Shown piece by piece: positions 57,453 through 64,000 of a stretch of 64,000 bases of DNA; the first letter of the stretch is position 1, and the number at the start of each line of letters is the position of its first letter. The notes beneath the pieces were generated by a model. The model did no database searches. It had not been told where the DNA came from and saw nothing but the letters and a program-made list of their open reading frames with translations. The translations under genes were made by a program, and so were the position numbers. This DNA comes from an uncultured archaeon (GTDB lineage Archaea > Thermoproteota > Nitrososphaeria > JACIWG01), in contig CALHLD010000001.1 in the NCBI GenBank assembly GCA_938034445.1, positions 840-64,839 of the forward strand, in the 5' to 3' direction.

Positions 57453-58348
57453 ATTACATCACTTATACCATAATCTGATACGCTTATCCTAAACTCCTCT
57501 ATCTTATCTCCTATTATAATTTTGGTTTTTACAAGTTTATCTTCTTCTATTAAAAATATTCTAGTTCCAATTATGTTTTCTGTAATAGAATTGTACTCTG
57601 ATTCATATGTGTCTGTTTCTATTTTCTTTATTAGGCTATTTAAAAGTAGGGTAATAATGTTATGTTTTATTGAAAGCTGGTTTATCCTTAACATAAAGTT
57701 TTCAAGCATGCGGTAATTATAGTATATTATGTTCTTTTTCTTTGAATTTGGTTTAAAAAAGTTTCCAATTTCATCAATTACGAAAAGTTTTTTGGAATGG
57801 TTGTCAAAATTTTTTTCTATTTCCTCAAGTATTTCTATTTGGTGTTTAATTGTATATGGTTTAAAAACTATAATTTTATCTAGGAACGAGTACTCTTTTA
57901 TTCCCCTATATTTTGCTAGTTCACATAATTTTTCAGGCCTAAAAATCTGGTTTGAATCATTATATATTATTAAATGGTTTTCGAAAGTTTTGATAAAGTT
58001 TAGTATCAAATTATATGAAAACAGAGTTCTCAAGTATCTTTTTTCACTACATACTTCAGTTATTTGGCCTGAACTTATTCCCCCTATCCTATCATCTAAT
58101 TCGCTTACCAGAGTGGGAACTGCTATTATCTCATGTTCAATTTTCCTAAACCTGTATATGCCCTTAAAGAGTTCTTCAAGTTTTGGGAAAATTTCTTCCT
58201 CTTCCTCTTCATTAAAATATTTTTTTATAATGTCATATGGTGCAAATAGTAGTTGGAGACATGTACGGATATTTTCTTTTTTCAACCCTTCAATTTTCTC
58301 TTGTGGAATTAAGCCACTATCCTCTAAGCTCATGTCATAATTGTTCAT
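57449..58348 (-). CDS. Full-length RadA/Rad51 paralogue with degenerate Walker A (predicted ATPase-dead)
   Basis: 299 aa, collinear with the radA in this window. [21 protein letters not shown] vs [43 protein letters not shown] vs TENTFRPERIESIAKFRGL; LFVIDE vs LVIVDS. Confidence 0.7.
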   Translation of the reverse strand: [299 protein letters not shown]

Positions 58349-58394
58349 ATCATTTGCTTATCTAATTGGAGGCGTTATAAAAGCTTATAGTATG

Positions 58395-60293
58395 CTATAT
58401 CCTTTTATGAGCCTCTATTCCAAGTAATTCCATAAGTGTTTTGAGCGCCTTTGTAAAGGAGTAAACAAGCAGTATTCTCTGCTCCCGTTTTGACTCATCC
58501 TTCTCATGTATTACTGGATGTTTTTCGTAAAATGTGTTAAAGTATAAGCACAGTTTATGTGCATATTCAGCAATCTTATTTGGTTGCAGTTTGATGGTTG
58601 CCTCCTCTATTTTTTCACCAATCTTTGATAGTTCAATTAAAAGGGTGTACTCTTCATCTTCGACCAGTTTATCGAGCACCTCAACCTTTTCTGGGATTTT
58701 TCCATACTTTTCTATAATATTGTATGCCCTTGCATAAGTATATTGTAGGTATGGTCCTGTATCACCTTCCAGTTTCAAAGCCTCTTTTAAATCAAAGACT
58801 AAAATCTTTCCTAAATCTTGTCTAATTAAACTGTATCTTATGGCTGAAACAGCTATCGAATGGGCTACATCTTTTAACCATTTCTCGTCAGCTTCAGGGT
58901 TTCTTTTCCTCGTTTCCTCATATGAGAGTTTATACAATTTTTCTAAAACTGTGTCCGCATTAATGTACATTCCACTTCTACCTGACATGTGGACAAATTC
59001 TTTATCTCCAACCTCTAAACCTATTTCTTTAGCAGTGTCCCTGCTTAAAGAGACAACCTCATATCCTAAATGAATATACTTTTTATCTGATTCTTTGCCG
59101 ACAAATTTTCTTAAAATTTCTGAAATTATATTCTGTAACCATGCTTGTCTAATGTCTATAACATTTATTGCCATTTCTGCGTTATTGAATATTGGATGAT
59201 CCTTTTCTCCCTCAGAAGTTGTTGTCCTCCATAACATTTTACCATTTTTTTGCACAAAAAACTTTTCGTAATTGAAGAAGTCTTCAACTAGTCCAAGTTT
59301 CCATGCAGCATACAATATGTCTTTTGCAATATAGGTTGCTGTGCCATCACTTCTTATGATAACTTTTTCTTGGCCGCTTTCATCTTTATAAACCCAGCAT
59401 CCAACGTTTTTTCCTTCACTTGCATATGATATTAGATTTTTTTCTCTTAATTGTTCAAAAATTTTTTTCCATGTGTTAGAAAATATAATGTGCGATTCAA
59501 AGTTTAAGCAGTCATAGTATGCGTTAACTTCGGAGCAGGTTTTCAATTGTTCAATTAAAACCTTTTCTATCATATTTCTTGCGAACTTGTAAATTTCAGA
59601 TTCAGGATTTTCTAACTCTTTTAAAACAACTCTTCTATAGCTTTCCGTTCTCGGGTCTTGTGAATAAGTTTGGTTTACTTTGACATAAACATAATCTCCA
59701 CAGTATTGGTCAAATTTTATGTTAGGTTCTGGCGGATTTACTGGAAATCCGAGGAATTTAAATCCTACGATTATATCTGCAACCTGTGCTCCTGAATCAT
59801 CGATATAATTTAAAACTATTACTTCATGGTTAGTGTACTTTAGTAGACGATGTATTACATCCCCTATTACAACGTTCCTAAGATGTCCAATGTGTAGTGC
59901 CTTGTTTGGGTTAACGCTTGTATGTTCAACGATAACCCTCTTACCTTTACCTATATCCGTGTAACCGGGTTTTTCATTAAGTAAATGATGTATTGTAGTT
60001 TTAAAGTATCTATACTCATCTATTCTAAAATTTAAGTATCCTGGCTGTGCCACTGAAACTTCTTTCACAAGATTTTTTTCAAACAACATTATTTTTGAAG
60101 CAATTTCTGAGGCTATTTCATAAGGGTTTTTTCCCATTTTTTTAGCGGTTTCGAATGCAATGTTGGATGAAAGTTCACCGAATTCTAATGATGGTGGTTC
60201 CTGGATTAGAAAATCTACTGTAGGATAGCCTAGCTCCTTCAACGCTTTTTCAATCAATTCTCTTACTTCTTTCTTCAGCGCTCTAAAGGGCAT
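58395..60293 (-). CDS. argS: Arginyl-tRNA synthetase
   Basis: 632 aa; class I HIGH motif (NKALHIGHLRN), full-length ArgRS pattern, DALR-type anticodon-binding C-terminus. Confidence 0.95.
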   Translation of the reverse strand: MPFRALKKEVRELIEKALKELGYPTVDFLIQEPPSLEFGELSSNIAFETAKKMGKNPYEIASEIASKIMLFEKNLVKEVSVAQPGYLNFRIDEYRYFKTTIHHLLNEKPGYTDIGKGKRVIVEHTSVNPNKALHIGHLRNVVIGDVIHRLLKYTNHEVIVLNYIDDSGAQVADIIVGFKFLGFPVNPPEPNIKFDQYCGDYVYVKVNQTYSQDPRTESYRRVVLKELENPESEIYKFARNMIEKVLIEQLKTCSEVNAYYDCLNFESHIIFSNTWKKIFEQLREKNLISYASEGKNVGCWVYKDESGQEKVIIRSDGTATYIAKDILYAAWKLGLVEDFFNYEKFFVQKNGKMLWRTTTSEGEKDHPIFNNAEMAINVIDIRQAWLQNIISEILRKFVGKESDKKYIHLGYEVVSLSRDTAKEIGLEVGDKEFVHMSGRSGMYINADTVLEKLYKLSYEETRKRNPEADEKWLKDVAHSIAVSAIRYSLIRQDLGKILVFDLKEALKLEGDTGPYLQYTYARAYNIIEKYGKIPEKVEVLDKLVEDEEYTLLIELSKIGEKIEEATIKLQPNKIAEYAHKLCLYFNTFYEKHPVIHEKDESKREQRILLVYSFTKALKTLMELLGIEAHKRI

Positions 60294-60338
60294 GTACCAT
60301 TTCCTTATTCTATCCTTTCTGGTTTAAAAATCTAACAT

Positions 60339-60581
60339 TCAAACTTTAAATTTTTTCTTCTCTACTACAGTTAAAACTCCCATTTTTGACATAATCCTAT
60401 AGTCTTTTTCCCCAATCTTGTGAAGAAACTTTTTAATTAGAAGTCTTGCGTCATCTCTATCAAGGTTATCGAAATTTATAGTTTCACCGTCAACATGCCC
60501 CTCAATGTTCCTTTTTTCTTTAACGAATGCATTGAATTCAGCTACTTTTTCCTTTATTTTTTCGAATTTAATTGCCACCAT
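60339..60581 (-). CDS. Small basic protein, eL22-like by eye
   Basis: 80 aa; VAEFNAFVKEKRNIEGH and ARLLIKKFLHKIGEKDYRI parallel recalled human eL22 segments AANFEQFLQERIKVNGK and [22 protein letters not shown]. Confidence 0.4.
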   Translation of the reverse strand: MVAIKFEKIKEKVAEFNAFVKEKRNIEGHVDGETINFDNLDRDDARLLIKKFLHKIGEKDYRIMSKMGVLTVVEKKKFKV

Positions 60582-60665
60582 TTTATCATCATGGAACCCT
60601 ATTGTTTTGCTACTTTTAATTTTTAAACCTTATATTTGTAACTAGATAGAAAATAGTAACGTATA

Positions 60666-61893
60666 ATGCGCTCTTCAAAAGTTTTTAGAATAATAGTTAT
60701 AGTTGTGATAATTTTAATATTAACGCCTTTCATATTATATTATGGGTATCCAGAATATTTTAGTAAGCCTGTCGCTATTAAAATTGCCTTTTTATCGCAT
60801 TACCTTGCACCAGATTTTATTTTATTTAAAAGCTTGGTTAATAAATGGAATTCATATTTTCAAAAAATGGGTTTCTGTGTAAGTGTGTTGGATATTGATA
60901 AGGAGTCTGCACTACAGTTTCTTTTATCATCAGAGAACTCTAGTGTGGATATTGTTGTCGTATCGAATTTTAATTTTAAAAAAATGTTTCCATATCTTGT
61001 CCCTTTAAACTTTTTAACAGAACGATTTTATGAAAAGGCAGTTGAACCATTTTATGAAAATGGACAAATTTATGCTGTACCATTTCATGCATCATTCCCT
61101 CTTCTATTCTATGATAAAACCTACATTATTTCCCCTCCAAAATCGTTTGACCAACTATTAACCTTTGCAAAAAATTTTTCTAGGAAACATAATCAAGAAT
61201 CTTTTACAGAATATGGTCTTGCAATATATTCCCTACAAGGTAGACATTCTGCTCTCATATTTCAATCTCTTTATGAAACACTTGGTGGACAGGTTCTGGT
61301 TTCTAATTCGACAGTAAAACTTCTGTCAAACCAAACGCTAGGAAATCTAATAAGTATTTACCGTTTTCTGGTTGAAGAAGAAATTTCTCCCCCTGAAACC
61401 TTATATTTTGAGTTTTCCGTCTTAAACGACTTGTTTGTTAAGGATAAGTTTCCACTTATGATACAATGGAATTATGCGATACCTCTTCTATCAGAAAACT
61501 TTACAATAAATAATTTTGGAGTATCACCTATACCATCTAATTCCCTATCCTCAACTTCAATTGGATATATCCCTAGCTTTCGGTATATCAAAGTTTTCAA
61601 AGAATAAAGATTATTCTATAAAATTTTTAGAATCATTTTACTTGAACGAGTTTATAAAAGAGTTAGTTAGAATTGGATTCTTTCCACCAATAAAGAATAT
61701 ATCATACATTTCTGATAACCTTCTACTAGTAAATGAGGAAGAAGTATTCCGTGAATGTTACAAAAATTGTGTATATGAAAGATATTCTAACGACTTTTAC
61801 GAAACTTTCTCTAAATATCTAGCTTGGTGTCTAGAAAATAGGATATTGGAGAAAGATTTTATAAACCTTCTAGAAAACCTTCAGTATTCATGA
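60666..61893 (+). pseudogene. ABC-transporter solute-binding protein (family 1) interrupted by a +1 frameshift
   Basis: Two overlapping ORFs (60666..61607 and 61516..61893, frames differ by one) together read as one SBP: signal anchor, AVPFHASFPLLFYDKTYI, then LAFGISKFSKNKDYSIKFLESF. Frame switch near the ATATAT run at about 61563-61573. Confidence 0.6.
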
Positions 61894-61924
61894 TGTAAAA
61901 AATTTATAAGCCTTTATTTTATGA

Positions 61925-63010
61925 ATGGACTGTATGGTTAGCGTTAGAGCTGTCGATATTTCTAAACGTTTTGGAGATTTCTTGGCTGTCAACCACGTTA
62001 ATATTGAAGCAAGAGATAGAGAGCTTATAACATTACTTGGACCTAGTGGTTGTGGGAAGACAACAACATTAAGAATAATTTCTGGACTAGTTAAACCCGA
62101 CACTGGAGAAGTCTATTTTGGAGAAAAGAATGTAACTAATGTTCCACCACATAAAAGGAACATTGGTTTTGTCTTCCAGAAGGTTGCACTTTTTCCACAC
62201 ATGAATGTCTACAAAAACGTTTCTTTTGGACTTAAAATGAAAAAGTTTCCAAAAAATGAAATTGACAAGAGGGTTAAGGAAGTTCTTAAAATTGTACGCA
62301 TGGAAGGATTTGAAGAAAGAATGCCTTCCCAGTTAAGTGGAGGCCAAGTTCAGCGTATTGATATTGCAAGGGTTTTAGCAATAGACCCTGAAGTTCTCCT
62401 TTTCGACGAACCTTTAGGTCATCTTGATGCAAAATTGAGGGATGATCTAAAATATGAAATTAGACGTATTCAAAAGGAGACTGGTAAAACTGCAATTTAT
62501 GTTACACATGATCAGGCTGAAGCCTTTGCAATCTCAGATAGGGTGTATGTTATGAATCATGGGCAAGTGCAGCAAGTTGGAACTCCTATTGAACTCTATC
62601 TTAATCCTAAATCTGATTTTGTAGCAGACTTTATTGGCACCTCAAATTTTCTAGAAGGAACCATATCAGAAATATATGAAAATAGGCTAAAAATTAAAGT
62701 TAACGATGGACTTATTTTGGTTTCCGAGGTTATGCCTAATGTTCAAGAATATAAGGTTAATGATAACGTTATTGTTAGCATTAGACCAGAAGACATCGAA
62801 CTTTTAGGGAATTTGACGATTAAGGAAAATTCCTTTGAAGCAAAAGTTGAACGGTCAACGTTTTTAGGAACTAACACGAGACTATTAATTGCTCTCGGTA
62901 ATAGAATTCTTAAAGTTGACTTGTATGGTCCTGAAAGATTTAAGATAATTGATACCGCCGTTTCCACCAATTTCCATGTAAGACGTTTTACAATAATTAA
63001 GAAAACCTAA
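61925..63010 (+). CDS. ABC transporter ATP-binding protein (PotA/MalK type)
   Basis: 361 aa; Walker A GPSGCGKTT, signature LSGGQVQR, Walker B LLFDEP, C-terminal regulatory (TOBE-like) domain. Confidence 0.9.
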   Translation: MDCMVSVRAVDISKRFGDFLAVNHVNIEARDRELITLLGPSGCGKTTTLRIISGLVKPDTGEVYFGEKNVTNVPPHKRNIGFVFQKVALFPHMNVYKNVSFGLKMKKFPKNEIDKRVKEVLKIVRMEGFEERMPSQLSGGQVQRIDIARVLAIDPEVLLFDEPLGHLDAKLRDDLKYEIRRIQKETGKTAIYVTHDQAEAFAISDRVYVMNHGQVQQVGTPIELYLNPKSDFVADFIGTSNFLEGTISEIYENRLKIKVNDGLILVSEVMPNVQEYKVNDNVIVSIRPEDIELLGNLTIKENSFEAKVERSTFLGTNTRLLIALGNRILKVDLYGPERFKIIDTAVSTNFHVRRFTIIKKT

Positions 63011-63167
63011 TCTCATAAAAAGTTTATCCTCAACATTTTTACCATAATCATAATTTTATTATTTTATATAAGAATTTTGTTTCAATTTTAATTTTTTTCA
63101 TTAGCTAGCCTAAAGTAAAGAAAAATTTAAATAACATTCTTATTAATATTCTTTGACGGTGAATTAT

Positions 63168-64000
63168 ATGAATTGGAAAAACCTCTTCCTTGTTTCAACA
63201 CTTTTGGCATTAATTTTTCTTGGAAGCACTGTCTACTTGCTTACTTCACCAGCAGCTGGTGTAACAACTGTAACTAAGACTGTTACGCAAGCTGGTGGAG
63301 CGCCATGGCCATATGAAGGTAAAGTCTGGATTCCAATATTAAACAAGTATATGACATATGAAGAAGTTGTAGCAGAAATAAAGAAGGAAGGGTCTATAAC
63401 AATTGCTGACTGGACATACTGGGGCCTGGTGGACACCTACTTTATACCATCGTTTAAGAATTATGTAAAAAGTAAGTATGGTGTCGATATTGAAGTAAAG
63501 TTCGTTGGAACCCAAGAAGCTAAAGGTGGTTTCATGTACCAGCTCTATTCTGCATATCAAGCTGGACTGCCAGCACCCTATGATGCAATGCATATTGAAA
63601 TCAATTTCTTTGAAGAAGCTAAGGCTAAGGATGTTGCTGAACCATTTTTGCCCTCCCCCCTCGTCCCCAACCTAGCCTTTGTTGACCCTGTTTTCATATT
63701 TGCACCATATGGTGTTCAATTCCAGCAACATGCGATGGTAACACCTGTATTTAATCTTGAGAAAACAGATTTTGTTAAAAGTTGGCTTGACTTAGCCGAT
63801 CCAAGACTTAAAGGGAAGATTACATTATGGTCTCTGTCAGACAATGGTTTCTGGGCCTTCTTGGCCACGGTTGCAACTGCATTAGGTTACGATTACAAGA
63901 ATCCTGATCAGATGAAGAAGGCTATAGAATGGGTTGCTAAGAATATTCATCCCAACGTTCTAAAGTATACAAGTGATGAGGCTGAAATTATAGAATTGTC
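63168..64000 (+). CDS. ABC-transporter solute-binding protein, 5' part (continues past window end); not in supplied ORF track
   Basis: My translation from the ATG at 63168 has no stop to the window end. It reads MNWKNLFLVSTLLALIFLGSTVYLLTSPAAGVTTVTK... (signal anchor plus T-rich linker), then ITIADWTYWG...PFLPSPLVPN...GKITLWSLSDNGFWAFLAT, typical of PotD/Fe3+-type SBPs. Confidence 0.7.
   Translation, partial: MNWKNLFLVSTLLALIFLGSTVYLLTSPAAGVTTVTKTVTQAGGAPWPYEGKVWIPILNKYMTYEEVVAEIKKEGSITIADWTYWGLVDTYFIPSFKNYVKSKYGVDIEVKFVGTQEAKGGFMYQLYSAYQAGLPAPYDAMHIEINFFEEAKAKDVAEPFLPSPLVPNLAFVDPVFIFAPYGVQFQQHAMVTPVFNLEKTDFVKSWLDLADPRLKGKITLWSLSDNGFWAFLATVATALGYDYKNPDQMKKAIEWVAKNIHPNVLKYTSDEAEIIEL

Noticed and set aside
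1-64000. CRISPR arrays, rRNA genes, transposases, toxin-antitoxin or known defence-system genes
   Set aside because: I saw no regularly spaced direct repeats and no rRNA-like GC-rich blocks. No ORF shows transposase, integrase, Cas or typical defence motifs.

Overview
Densely packed, AT-rich archaeal chromosome segment; my spot counts of 60-nt lines range from about 25% to 50% G+C. I support about 60 protein genes, one tRNA and no rRNA. I found no CRISPR array, transposase or integrase. The core is the archaeal transcription/translation cluster rpoH-rpoB-rpoA-rpl30e-nusA-rps12-rps7-EF1alpha-rps10 (3.8-16.3 kb), with no aEF-2 gene between rps7 and EF-1alpha. The rest is mostly housekeeping. 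It includes aldehyde:ferredoxin oxidoreductase, AMP- and ADP-forming acetyl-CoA synthetases, IMP dehydrogenase and a thermosome subunit. Lipid genes are geranylgeranyl reductase, GGGP synthase and a Tes-type radical SAM enzyme. Also present are ABCE1, RadA, AsnRS, ArgRS, pyrC/pyrF, an NFACT/Rqc2 homologue, CBS-domain proteins and ABC-transporter parts. Points worth follow-up: (1) a 508-aa LAGLIDADG intein splits ribosomal protein S12 next to its decoding-centre loop; (2) RNA polymerase subunits A' and A'' are one 1264-codon ORF, as in eukaryotic Rpb1; (3) a full-length RadA paralogue has a destroyed P-loop and is coupled to a small ORF in an AT-rich patch; (4) two small ORFs resemble eukaryotic EMC6 and ribosomal protein eL22 by eye, which needs profile searches; (5) a stand-alone Pat-type GNAT follows acdA and sits beside acdB and acs, like a split bacterial Pat; (6) a type II pantothenate kinase is paired with a vitamin-transporter-like membrane protein; (7) two ORF-free, hairpin-rich intergenic regions (32.8-33.2 kb and 49.7-50.2 kb) may encode structured RNAs; (8) a solute-binding protein gene is frameshifted; (9) an open-ended solute-binding protein ORF at 63168 is missing from the supplied track. 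Lineage cannot be assigned without phylogeny. The gene order and the eukaryote-like traits would fit a TACK/Asgard-type thermophile, but that is inference only.
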